A stretch of 64,000 bases of DNA from the human T2T-CHM13v2.0 reference genome, Homo sapiens, in the NCBI RefSeq assembly GCF_009914755.1, contig NC_060933.1, one strand, 5' to 3'. Each line of letters begins with the position of its first letter. Position 1 is the first letter of the stretch. This document shows, piece after piece, positions 1 through 12,879 of this stretch. The position numbers and the translations under genes are program-made. The notes beneath the pieces were generated by a model. That model was not told the origin of the DNA. It saw only the letters and a program-made list of their open reading frames with translations, and ran no database searches.

Positions 1-167
1 CAGGAGACATTTGGCAATATCTAGAGATGTTTTTGCTTCTTACAAATGGGGGAATGCTACTGGCATCTAGTGGGTAGAAGCCAGTGATGCTGCTACATGT
101 CCACAATGTCCACTACAAAGAATTATACAGACTAAAAAGTCAATAGTGCTGAGGTTGAGAAATCCTG
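1..167 (+). mobile_element. MER20 (hAT-Charlie MITE), cut by window start
   Basis: ggagacatttggcaatatctagaga...gctactggcatctagtgggtagaagcca...caatagtgctgaggttgagaaatcctg matches the recalled MER20 consensus and its terminus. Confidence 0.85.
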
Positions 168-1782
168 AGACATATGGTGTATGGGTAGATAGATTGGCAG
201 ATAGACAGACACAGACAGGTGGGGTTGGGCAGAAGAGAGCGTGCAGCTTAGGCAAACTTGAAGATGATCAGCTTATATCACATGCCTAGTATGATATATG
301 GGAGTAATGCTAGACTAGAGCCAAAATTCGTGTTTGTTCTCAGCTGTGACTTTACTTAGCAGTATGGCCTTAGGCAATTCTCTTTCCTTCCTCAGGTCTC
401 AATGTCCTTCAATATTAAATAAGCAGGTCCTAGGAGGCCAGAAGACCCTAAGGATCCTTCTCAGTTCTGAAATTCTGTCCTATTAGAAAAGCAACTGAAA
501 GGGCCATGATCAGAGTCTGAGAAGGATTGAGTAGCAGGCTTCTACTGTTAGAAAAAACTACTCCTGATAATTCCATAAATTTCAGAGTCTGGCTCAGGGC
601 CAGGAATAAGGGAGGCTATAAATCCATAGCATGTTATAGTATTTCAGGATGATGTCAGGCTCAAGCTATTTCACCTTTTAAGAGAAGCAATGAAACAGGA
701 CTGGGGCCCAAGTGCTGTCACTCTGTGAAAAGGGGTGAGTTGGGAGGGGATGAGGTAAAGCAAACAGGGCTAGCCTAGACATTAAGTCTGCAATCCAATC
801 ATCATCCCTGGAATGGTCCTGTCCTCTCATTACCTCAATAATGAAGCTTCATGGAGAGACAGAGAATCATTGGCATTATTGTAGCTGCTTATTTTAGAGC
901 TCACCAGAGATGCAAAGTCCATTTTCCACAGTCACAAGGCCAGTGTGAAGCAGAACAAGGATTGCAACCTATGTCAGCTAACTCCAGCTGGACTCCAGGC
1001 TGCCCTCTCCCCATCCCAAGAGATGCTGCTCATGAGTAATTCCTCTGCAGTAGCCCCAATCAAACCCAATTTATTACAACCATATTTTTCCCCTCTTTTT
1101 CTGCTATTACACCATGATCCCTGGAAAAAGCCTTGGGTGGGAAGCGGATTATGTTTCATGTTATGATTGACAGAAAATAATTGAGAAAGATTTCCTGTCT
1201 CAATTTCTCTTCCTCCCTGCCTCTGCCTGCCCCCTTCTCATACCCAAGTGAATGTGCACACCCGCACACTCACATGCCCTCTCACACATCTTTATCTTTG
1301 TGTTAGAAAGCTCTAAGCAATTCAAAATTGCTCAGAAATTCAATCTCTGAAATTAAGTCCTCCAGTGACCCTAACACGGAGACAGAGTCCTTCTTCAAAA
1401 TCAGAGACCTCTGCATAGACTCTATGAGTCCCTTGACTGAGCAAGCACACCATTCCAGAGGTTCAGTCTAAGATAAAACCCTCCATGCCCATGTGGGGCT
1501 TGCCAGCTCAAATCAACAAGACCCTACCTCCTCACCATTCTTTTAGAAGATGCTGCTCTACACCTAAAGTACCTACTTTCAAGGTTCACAGACCTGAGTT
1601 TTAACCTTCCCTTAAACATTTTAAAATTTTAAAGTTTAATTATCTCTCTGGCAGCCTGTATGCATCTTTCCAATGCCTAAAATGAACACAGCACAAATAC
1701 TACCCATAAATTCTGCTGAGATCTGTTCTGTCTATCTGCCCAAGCCAAGCAATTCTCAATCTTCTGAGGCATGTGATATAGA

Positions 1783-1945
1783 CCATTGCTTCTCAAACCA
1801 GAATATACAGACAAGTCATTCAAGGCTCATTTTAAAATACAGATTGTGCTTCTGTAGGTCTGGGGTGAGGCCCGAGATTCTGCATTTCTACTAAGCTCTC
1901 AGGTGATGATCATGCTGCTTGTCCTCAAGTGATGTACTTGATGTA
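1783..1945. mobile_element. MER5A-like hAT MITE
   Basis: gcttctcaaac...gtaggtctggggtgaggcccgagattctgcatttcta...ctcaggtgatg...tgctgct. Confidence 0.75.
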
Positions 1946-2708
1946 TGGAGGTGCTATTCTAGTTCTCACACTAGATTAGTTAAACCTCACAAACTTCTTT
2001 AGATAAGTTAACATTCAGCAAATATTCAACACATATTTAATGAGATACTCTGCTCCAGGCCCTGTGATAGTCATTAATCATAGAACGTTGATTAAGAGTC
2101 CTGCTCAAGTGACATTAGCTAGTATGAAAACTGTTACAATGGTGAATACAGCATGGTGCTGACCTTCATTAGCGTTCATGCTCTTACAGCATCAGGGATG
2201 AAGATATGAGATTCAGAGATGCTAATTACTCCACTCGATGTCACAGAGTTAGTGAAGGCAAAATGGGAACCAGAACCAAGATCTCTGAGCCTGAGGGCTT
2301 TGTCTAGACAAGAATATGTAGAATATTTGGAAATAAGAGTAGGCCTTACTTTGTAAGGGAAAGGTTGCAGCAGAAAGGTTTACTGGCCCAGAAATCAGAG
2401 TTTCTGAATTGCTCTCCATTGAAATAATTTGAAATCACCTTGGGTAAGTCCCTTCACCTCTTTAAGCATTGGCGTTTTCATATGAAAAATAAAGGAATTG
2501 TACAAAATGACTTTTGAGATTCCTTCCTGCTCTGATAAGTCATGATTCATGCCATAGGTTGTAACAGCTCTCAGGGCAATGGAGTCCTAGGGTGGAGAAG
2601 CTTGTGTTTATTTTGGGCAGCATCTCTTTATCCTTGATGGACTTGGGGGTTCTTGCACCAAGAAGCAGAGTACCTAGTTTGCCTGATTCTCTGGATTTCC
2701 CCTTACAG

Positions 2709-3002
2709 GTGGCATTGTCTTGAACCCATCTTTCTATGGCATGCCTGGGCACACCCACACCATGATCCATGAGATTGGTCACAGCCTGGGCCTCTATCAC
2801 GTCTTCCGAGGCATCTCAGAAATCCAGTCCTGCAGTGACCCCTGCATGGAGACAGAGCCCTCCTTCGAGACTGGAGACCTCTGCAATGATACCAACCCAG
2901 CCCCTAAACACAAGTCCTGTGGTGACCCAGGGCCAGGAAATGACACCTGTGGCTTTCATAGCTTCTTCAACACTCCTTACAACAACTTCATGAGCTATGC
3001 AG
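2709..3002 (+). CDS. PAPPA: PAPPA exon 4: catalytic core of the metzincin (M43B) protease domain
   Basis: Acceptor tttccccttacag|GT and donor GCAG|gtaggg. Encodes [35 protein letters not shown]...YNNFMSYA, with HExxHxxGxxH at 2768-2800 and the Met-turn ATG at 2990-2992. Confidence 0.97.
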
Positions 3003-5132
3003 GTAGGGCCCTACACTCTGTAGGGTGAACAGGTCTGGATGTCAGATGTGGGATCCAATCCTGGCTCAGGGGAACCTTGAACAAGCTACTTACCATTTCT
3101 AAGGATGGAAGGCCTAGCTCTGCCACTTATCCACCTAATGTCTTTCGGTCATTCTCTTTCTGGGTTTCACTTTTCTCAAGAAAATGGAATTGTTGGACTA
3201 GCATCTCCATGATCCTTCCTAAATGTGCAGCACATTTTTCTAAGCTAGTGGTTGTTGAACCTTTTTTATTTAACCCATGTGTCCCTTAGATAAGCATAAA
3301 ACTCTCACATTCTCTGTTATTTTGCAAGAACAATGAGAGTGCTTTGGACTTTGCAAAGAGAAAATTATGACATGAGATTGAGTATGATTTTTTTTTTCCT
3401 AACTGCATATATCTTATCATAGTACTTTTGAGTACCACTAGTAACAGTGTTAGGAGCATTAGGGGATGCCCTGCACTTCCCTTTAGCATGGGATACATCA
3501 AGGCCTTGGAGCCCTTTTAGCACCTTTGGCAAATTAGAACAAGACACCCCTTCCTCAGGGCTGTCATAGCCCTTACCACTGCACCTGCAGCTAAGAGTTT
3601 TTGTGTTAGTCACAATGCACACAATTGCACATGGCAGGCCAGCATCAAATTCTGTTACCATACTCAACTTAGTGTCTTTTTCCCCACTAGAACAAGCAAA
3701 TTCTATCAAGCCAAAGATTGCATCTAATACATCACTCTATTCTCAGAAGTCAGCACAGGGGCCAGTGCTTAATAAATGTTTGTTAGGAAAGGAAGAAGTA
3801 AAGAAAGAAAGGGAGGAGAGAGGGAGGGCTGGAGGGAAGGAAGGAGGAAAATGAATAAATTCTCTTATAACAGGTATATAAAATTTATTCTTATCAAAAG
3901 CAATATTTCTACTCATGTAACAAAATATTGTCCAGAAAGGCCTTTAATATGCTCTCTCTCATTTAATTCTCACAACAAATGTGTAGAGTCAGAACTATCC
4001 CCACTCTACAGATGACAGCTTTGAAGCTCACTGAAATCATTTGCACCAAGTCACATATCTGACTCCAAGTATTTTTCTCTTTTACTCTTGTATTTCTTCT
4101 AAAGAGAGCTAGCTGATGGTTGAGTGGGGAAATTGAGCAACCTGGGTGGCTTTTACACTCTGTTCCACAGGGATGCTTCAGGGCAACTGCCCTGGTGGCT
4201 ATATGAGTAGGGCTTTAGGCTCTCATTCCTGCTAAAGCCAGGGAAAACACACCCCCTTTCTGACTATTTTACATTTCTGTTGAGGTTTTGCCTCATTGCA
4301 TTTGAAGAGAGGAATTTGCTGCTGGAACCCAAAGGTTTCTGTGATCCCCAGTGGTTCTTTCTGCTTGTCCATTTGGGCTGATGACCCCTGGGGGCCTCTC
4401 CAGTATAAGGTTCCTGCAGTCCAAATCTGAATTGAAGTGTCAATAACCCACCTCTGGTACCATAAAGAGTCTTAGATTTGAGTGCTCAAAAAAGACCAGG
4501 GTGCTGGGTATTTCCTGAAAAGCAGATTCCCACTGGGCTCCCATTCCCAGCCAAGCTGACATCCCACATCCGGTGCCCCATCCCCTCATACAACACTGCT
4601 AAAGTTCCATTTCTATAGCACCTTTTCTTGGCCAGCTCAACACACATGGAAAATAAACAATAACATAAGTTTGGAAGTTTGCCGGCCTCTTAGGGGCTAG
4701 GAGCTGCCACTAGCTACCAGACCCCCATAAACTAAATCTTTTTTTTTCCCCTTTGTACAGATCTAAAGGGTGATTGATTTACTATTTTTTTTAAAGGAAC
4801 CCCTCAGCTCAGTGACCCATTAACAGCAGAACTAATTCACTGAGCTACGATAACAAACTTACACCCACAAAAGCATATTCAAGGCAACCACGATCTTTGA
4901 AATGTTTGTTTTCCTTGGGATTTCTGATAGATGAGGTGACAAAAGCAGCTGGATGCAATTCAAAATGCAGAACAGGACTGGGTTCTCAGGGCTATGGAGA
5001 GCCATGCATGGGAGCTCTCTCCATCAAGATAATTGGGTGAAGACATTGCTGGGTCAACTTCTTCTCGTTGCTTTATCTTCCTGGGTGCTTCTTCCTCAGG
5101 CCTGATCACTGGTAGGGTAAAGGTTTGTGGTG

Positions 5133-5342
5133 CAGCACTGCCAACAGAACTTTCTATGAAGATAGACATAGTTTATATCTGTGTTGGCCAGTATGGTAGC
5201 CATGACCTCTACTACCCATGTGGTAACTGAACGATTGAAATACAACTAGTGTGACTAATGACCTGAATTATCAATCTTATTTTAACTAATTTAAATCAGA
5301 ATAGCCACATGTGGCTGGTGGCTACCATATTGGTTAGCTCAG
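5133..5342. mobile_element. MER3-like hAT MITE
   Basis: gcactgccaacagaactttct...aatagccacatgtggctggtggctaccatattgg, with inverted termini. Confidence 0.8.
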
Positions 5343-5344
5343 GC

Positions 5345-5585
5345 CTGCAGTAATTCTTGAGTACGTGTGACATGCCGGACACTGTATGAAATTTTTCATA
5401 GGCTTGTCTCATTGAATCCCCACAGTAGCCCAAGGAGGTGCACAAGTTTTACAGATGCAGAAAATGTGGTTCAGGTAGCTTAAGTATCTTGCCCAGCATC
5501 ACAAAGATAAAACAAGGCAAAGGTGAAATCTAAACTCAAGTGTTTCTTACTGCAGAGCCTGTGTTACTAACTAGTAAGTATCTGC
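5345..5585 (-). mobile_element. MIR SINE
   Basis: tctcattgaatccccacag...ttttacagatgcagaaaatgtggttcag...taagtatcttgcccagcatcaca (MIR core). Confidence 0.7.
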
Positions 5586-6214
5586 CTCATTTTCTGGTTG
5601 TGGGGAAGGTTGAGAGGGCCACAAATGCTCAGATCAAGCAGGCACCAGGCAGTTGATGGGGGGAAGCCTAATTCAGTAGGCAGGCTGGACAGAGCTCCAG
5701 AGGAGTATAGTTATGTTGAACTCTTGGGTAACTCTTGGAAAACTCAACAGATAAAAGAGTAGCAGACCCAGTTCCACTTTCTGGAGATAATAGGCTACAA
5801 GAGTTCCTGGAGGAGGACACTCTGGTCCTCAAAACTGCAGGAAGCCAGGCTTTCTCTAGCCTACAGGAGCAAGTGTCCTGTCCCCATCTTTCTGTGTGTC
5901 ATGGCTTCTTAATATGCACACATAGATTGACCCAGCAATTCCACTTCTAAGGAATATATCCAAAGCAAATAAGTCAATTGGTATGCTTAAAGATTTAACC
6001 GTAAGAATGTTCTTAATGATATTTGTTTCCTAAATATTTATTAGGCATTCACTATATGCCAGGTATAGAAAACAAAATGTTTGAATAATTAGAAACTGCT
6101 TACAAGCCTAAAGATAATGCATTGCTGAAGTGAACTGCAAGGTATTCATGTGATAGGATATTATAGGGCCACTAAAGATGACAGAGAAGATGTTTGAAGG
6201 ACATGAACAGAAGT

Positions 6215-6890
6215 GGAATAACATGGTGGTTCAGAGCATGAAATTTGGAGTGAGGAGACCCAAGTTGAATGTTCGGTGCCCAGCTTTGATCTTCGGCAGT
6301 TTACTTCTCCTCTCTGAGCCTCAGTTATTTCATTAATACCATTGATGATAAGGATGCTTGCCTTGCCTGATTGTAGGTGTAATGGTACAAGTGAAGCACT
6401 TAGAACTGTTGTTGTTCTAAGTGCCCATTAATAATAGACTGGATAAAGAAAATGTGGTACATATGGAATACTATGCATCCACAAAAAAGAATGAGATTAT
6501 GTCTTTTTCAGGGACATGGTTGGAGCTGGAAGCCATTGTCCTTAGCAAACTAATGCAAGAATAGAAAACCAAACACCACATGTTCTCACTTATAAGTGGG
6601 GGCTAAATGATGAGAACACATGGACACACAGAGGGGAACAACACACACTGGGGTCTATTGAAGTGTGGAGAGTGGTAGGAGGGAGAGGATCAGGAAAAAT
6701 TGCTAACGGGTACTGGCCTTAATACTTGGGTGATGAAGTAATCTATAGAACAAACTCCCTTGATACAAGTTTACCTATGTAAGAAATCTGCACATGTACT
6801 CCTGAACTTAAAATGAAAGTTAAAAAACAAACAAACAAAAAAGAACTGTCCTTGGTATCATAATTAGTGCTCAGTAAATGATGATTAGTA
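6215..6890 (+). mobile_element. MIR SINE split by L1 insertion
   Basis: 5' part tggttcagagcatg...ctctgagcctcagt...gaagcacttagaactgt ends at 6409; it resumes at 6842 with agaactgtccttggtatcataattagtgctcagtaaatg. Confidence 0.7.
6417..6841 (+). mobile_element. 5'-truncated primate L1 (older L1PA-type 3' end)
   Basis: gactggataaagaaaatgtggtacata...catgttctcacttataagtggg...tgcacatgtactcctgaacttaaaa plus A-rich tail; flanked by agaactgt at 6402-6409 and 6842-6849. Confidence 0.9.
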
Positions 6891-7725
6891 GGATTATTCA
6901 TTGACTACTTAATGTGAAAAAGGTCAGAAAGCCATATATATAGTGTAAGACCTGTACATATGTATGTGATGATAAGAATTATAGAAATTTACTGTAGATA
7001 TTTACATCCATATACAAACACATATATATATACATACATATACACACATATACCTTAGACATCAATTTTATTATCTATAGGTAATGAGTTCAGGGTAATG
7101 TTTATTTTTTGTAACATTTTGACATATTCCAGATACTCTACAGTGAAGTTTTTATTATAAAATTATTATCTACATCTATTATTATGACTATTATTACTAT
7201 CATTATTTTTAAAAACATCAAAAAGACAGAGAGTTTCACACAAGGCAACTTAGTTATCCATTCACTAGACATTAGTTAGCTTGTTAAATGCTCTCATCAG
7301 CTTTATGAGACAGCTAACATCTTATTCCTCATTTTATGGTGGGTGAAAATGTGGCTGACGGGGGGTCAGCATTGTGTCCAAAGTCCTAAGTGGAGTGAAG
7401 GCATGGTATTCATGACCTGAACCTCCATGCAGTGTGCCCTTTCAGCCACAGATGGACATTTGTTCTTGAGAGCAAGATTCAGTTAGCAAACCCAGGGTAC
7501 CGTATCAACAGCATGGGGACTGGCATAGGCTTCCCAGTGCTGAAGTCCCGAAGTTCTTTCTGCTTTGGGACAAGATACAGACAGAAGAACAAGATGAGCT
7601 GGCCACTCCTGGAGACCAGATGAAGTGGCCACAGATATCAAGAGGGGAGGCACTGGGGGGAAAGAAGCCAAGTGGGACTGACTCTAGACATTAGCTAATT
7701 GAGGCAGATCTTTTGTGATAGATGA

Positions 7726-8219
<494 letters not shown>

Positions 8220-11006
8220 TAAGTTATAAAAGAAAAATACACTTTTTTGTTGGGGGAAAGCAAGTAAAGTAGATGTTTATACAGGAAAAAACCTACTGTT
8301 TTTCAGTGTCATTCATCTTGAGAAATGCTTTTTGTGCCCTTGCTCATTGAATTCTCACAACTTCATGGTTTGGAGTTTATTTAAATGCCCCCAATTTATG
8401 CACGAGGGAACTGAGTCTTCAAGTTGTCTCATTTTTTGGTCATGTCTGATTAGTATTCTGTTCTATGTCTGTGCCTTAAAGTACACAGCCATTTCCCTAT
8501 GAATGAACAGATGTGCTATTTCTAATATTTTCACCATTATAAATTATGCTTCAAGAAACATCTTTGTATGTCTATTTTACCCCTGTTTACCCAAGAGTAT
8601 CTATCTTTTGAATCCATAAATTCCTTATTGTTAGATCAAAGAGAATGCATATTTTATATCCTGAATTTTTTTCCTGCTTCCAGTTTTCTAACACTCACAC
8701 ATACATGAGCACACGCAAGCATACACACACACACCACACACACACTATTTCCAATTCCCATGTACTAACATTTATCATGGGGCAGGCATTGCTCTTAGTG
8801 CCCCACACCCCTGCACCTTGGCTGTGTTTTGAGATGAGCAATCGCGTTATCATCACTGTCTTCACTTCACAGATGGGGTAACTGAGGCACTGGGGGCAGA
8901 AAATCACTTGTCCATTTGACTCCAGATTCTGTGTGCACTAATCTAGTCACGTGGCCATACTTCTTCCCTTAGCCATCATGCCCTTCTCCTGCATGTAACC
9001 TATTTGGTGGCTTTTCCAAAGTTTTCAAGATGAAGTACAAAGTTCATGGCAACAAAGAAAAAAGTGTCCAATTATCTGGCCCTTTTCAGTCTGAGGACTT
9101 TTTCCTTGCAATAGGGAGCCATAGAATGTTTGGTATTCAGGAGTTACATGGTGGGATCTGGGTTTGAGAGAGATTTACTCGGTTATTCACTATACTGTGT
9201 TTGTTAAGAGACATTGGGCTCTTCCACTTCTCCAAATGTGTTAAAGACTTCCCTAAGGTGCTGGAAAGGAGATTGGCAAAAATTACTAAGGGGATTTAAG
9301 GCAGCTTCTGTATAGAACCTCCCTCACACCCTGCCCCTTCCCTAAGCTGGATTCTCAAAGCCATGTATATAGCTGTCCAGCACCTGCCCAAATGTATTTA
9401 ATGTTTGTTTGATAAGAAGAAACCAGTATATGCTGCAGGATTCCCAGTAGCAAGTTTATTTTAAGATTGGAAGAGCCCTGTACTCCTCTGTCTGGGGCCC
9501 AGCTGCAGGCTCCCTGACCAGGTGGACACCTCTGGGAAGTGGTGTTTTTGGAAATTAAGCCAAAACAGTGCATTGCCCTGTCCCTAGGGCAGTTGAATAA
9601 AACTGTTGGAGGGAGAAATGCAAGCGTTCTCCCTCAGAACCAGGTCTTAGGTCACACCCTGGAAAAGAGAGATTAGGATCAAAGGTCCTTAGATCTAAAG
9701 ACACCTGAGAGATTGTGTTCCAAGCTCCCTTAGCCTCAGACTCAACTCCCATTTATCAACCACCTGCAGGATTTTATATCCATACAATGTCTCATTTATG
9801 CTTGAAAAGAAGTTCTCATATTGATCAGAAGCATGGCCTTGAAGTCAGGACTGCCTGGGTTCAAATCCCAGATGTATCCCTAGCTTTGTGATTTTGAAAT
9901 AATTATTTACCCTCTGTCAGCTTTAATATCCTCTTCTGTACGATAAGGAAAATAGTAGTGCGTACTCCAAAACTCCAGAGAAGGAAAGGGGTTTACCGTG
10001 TCTAAAGCACAGTGCACCAATGGCAGCATGGAGTGGGAGATGTTACTACTCATATTTTCAGCATGCACACTACCCTGGTTTGTTCCCAGGTCTGCCTGAC
10101 TCCCTGGCCTGTGCTCTCTGCCTAAGGCACCATGCCTCTGTAGTCATGCAGCACTTTCTCCTGCAATCCCTCTCCTTTCTTTTCCAATCTTAGCCGTGCA
10201 ATCTGATCAGCCTCAACTATCTCCTTCTTTAGAAGCCTTCCTGGTCGCCTGCCTGTCCCTGCTCCCACCCATGCCGTCTTCCTCCCTTTATCAGTGATTG
10301 ACATCACAGACTTTAGTAGCCTTGTAACAACCTTGACTCATACACTGGACTGGTCTTGACTCCATAACTAGACTTGTACCTCATCATGGGCAGGAACTTT
10401 TAAAGTTTCATCTTTCCATGCCCTTGGGCACAGAGCAGAAATGTAGTAGACACTCAGAAGGTTTGTTTGAAGGGTAATATCAGCACATTGGTTAATAGTG
10501 AAATTAATGAATGAGTGGATGAAAGAATGTGAAGGAATGAGTTGGAACCAGTGAGTGCATCAATGAATGAGTGAATGGATAAACAAGTGAATGAATGAAT
10601 GAATGAATGAGAGATATTGAGTGGGGGGTGAGGGAGGGAGGGAGTAATGGAATTGTTGACTTAGTGCCCAGTGGATGTGGGGGCCATGGGAAATAGGGGA
10701 AATAGCTCATCTTGCCTGTGTCCTTTGCCGTGACCTCTGGGCTGCTCTCTTCCCAGTCTCAGCCATACTTTTTCAGTTACATCCACCCTTCCCTCCCTCC
10801 TGTTTCCTCTCACCTGTCTCCAGAAGTGATGACTACACTAATTTGTTCACAGGCCATTAACTCTTGAGAGCTGGAAGAGGCCAGCCCTGAGTTGGCAAGG
10901 AACGACTTGGGTGCTGACTCTTGGGCCGCCAGGAGCCGTCATTACTCTCTCATATGCCTGCCTGCCTTGCGGCTTGGTGCTTATCTCTCCCTCTGCCTGC
11001 TTGCAG

Positions 11007-11199
11007 ATGACGACTGTACGGACTCCTTCACGCCCAATCAAGTCGCCAGAATGCACTGTTACCTGGACCTGGTCTACCAGGGCTGGCAGCCCTCCAGGAA
11101 ACCAGCGCCTGTTGCCCTCGCCCCCCAAGTTCTGGGCCACACAACGGACTCTGTGACACTGGAGTGGTTCCCACCTATAGATGGCCATTTCTTTGAAAG
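11007..11199 (+). CDS. PAPPA: PAPPA exon 5: end of protease domain
   Basis: Acceptor ctctgcctgcttgcag|AT and donor GAAAG|gtgagt. Encodes (D)[63 protein letters not shown](R). Confidence 0.97.
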
Positions 11200-11544
11200 G
11201 TGAGTGTGCCCTGTGTAGTGTTGATCCCTCTCTCTCTCTCCTGCCAAGAAGAAGGAAACTTGGAAGGGAAGCAGACTTGGAGAGGGATTTTACTGCATTT
11301 CTTGTTCTTGTTCAAAAGGTATCTCCACCACCTAGCATGTTGTAAATTTGGGATCAGGGAATAAATAAATGGTCATTAATAGAAACAAATAAATAACAAT
11401 AAATATTTTTAAGTGAATGGGTACTTAGATTCACTTTGTTATTAGAAACTTGGAAACCTCTTTTGCTACAGACCTCTTCTGGGATGGAGGTAATAGTCTC
11501 ATCTCCATGAGCTCAGGAGTTGTGATTGCCTGGGCAAAAACATT

Positions 11545-11677
11545 TATATTATATTATATATTATATTATATTAATTATATTGTATCATATTATATATGCT
11601 TATATATGGATATATATATTTATGTGTGTCACATGTGTGTATATAAGTACATATTTACATATAAGAATACATATACA
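11545..11677. repeat. TA-rich low-complexity tract
   Basis: Degenerate (TA)n/(TATTA)n run. Confidence 0.8.
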
Positions 11678-11678
11678 A

Positions 11679-11971
11679 GGCCGGGCATGGTGGCTCACTC
11701 CTGTAATTCCAGCACTTTGGGAGGCCAAGGTGGGCAGATCATGAGGTCAGGAGTTCGAGACCAGCCTGACCAACACAGTGAAATCCCATCTCTACTAAAG
11801 CACAAAAATTAGCCGGGTGTGGTGGTGCGCGCCTGTAATCCCAGCTACATGGGAGGCTGAGGCAGGAGAATGCTTGAGCCCAGGAGGCGGAGGTTGCAGT
11901 GAGCCGAGATGGCACCACCGCATCTCAGCCTGGGCAACAGAGCGAAACTCTGTCTCAAAAAAAAAAGAAAA
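11679..11971 (+). mobile_element. AluSg-like, full length
   Basis: ggccgggcatggtggctca...gatcatgaggtcaggagttcgag...poly-A; TSD aagaat(a/g)catataca at 11663-11677 and 11972-11986. Confidence 0.95.
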
Positions 11972-12879
11972 AAGAATGCATATACATATATGACATATAA
12001 ACATAATTTTTGCGCCAAATGTTTTTTTTTTTTATTTTGTAGAACTAAAGGTAGCATTTTTATAAGACCAGGGAATGATAAACTGAGGCACAAGGTACCT
12101 CTATTCTGCTGCCCTGACAGTTCATTAATTAACCACATGGCCTTGAGCAAGTCACTTTCTGTCTCTGAGCCTGATTCTCCCTTCCCTGAAAACTGGGTCT
12201 AATGATACTACAGTGGCTTGAAGGTGGAGACCTGAATCAAGTGGTCTCTTGTGATCTTTCCCCCATATAAACTCCTTGAGGAGCTCAAGCTCTAAGGGGA
12301 CCAGATTTAAAAGGGTCATGAAAATAGACCAAGGTATTTGCATCTATTTTGGAATTTTGCCATAATTCAGGGAAGATTAATGTATTACCTCTACTCCCAG
12401 CCCTTCTTTGGGATGCTTCATCTAGTAATGGTGATATATTAATGATGGTAAAAATAATAACCATGCTAATAATTAGTTAATATTACTTTATTGTAGTTGC
12501 TGGGATCTATCAAGTGCTTACTATGTGATGGATTCTATACTAAATGCTTTACATACAGAATCTCATTTAATCTTTCTGGTAACCTTGTACAAAACAAATC
12601 ATCTTCCTCATCTGCTAGATAAAAAGAGAATTGGAGCTGAAAGAGGCTGAAAGGTGACCAGAGGGTCATGGAAAGTGGCAGGCACTGGGCTTCAGCTCTT
12701 GTTTTGTATTGTGTTATCTCAGACTCGTATGTGCTTTCATTAAGTTGTTTCAGAACTAGAATTGGAGAAAAGGCATTACACTGCCCCCCGCAAGGAAAAA
12801 AAAAAGCCACAAAAAGAAGCAAGAAATTCTCATTTACAAGTGTATTTGTCTGCATTTGTGTGTGTGTCAAAGACATATT

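Larger units (their letters stand above)
5915..7170 (+). mobile_element. Old L1ME-type 3' fragment interrupted by a MIR and a younger L1
   Basis: tgacccagcaattccacttctaaggaatatatcc at ~5928, and an L1ME-like 3' end at ~6895-7170. Confidence 0.55.
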
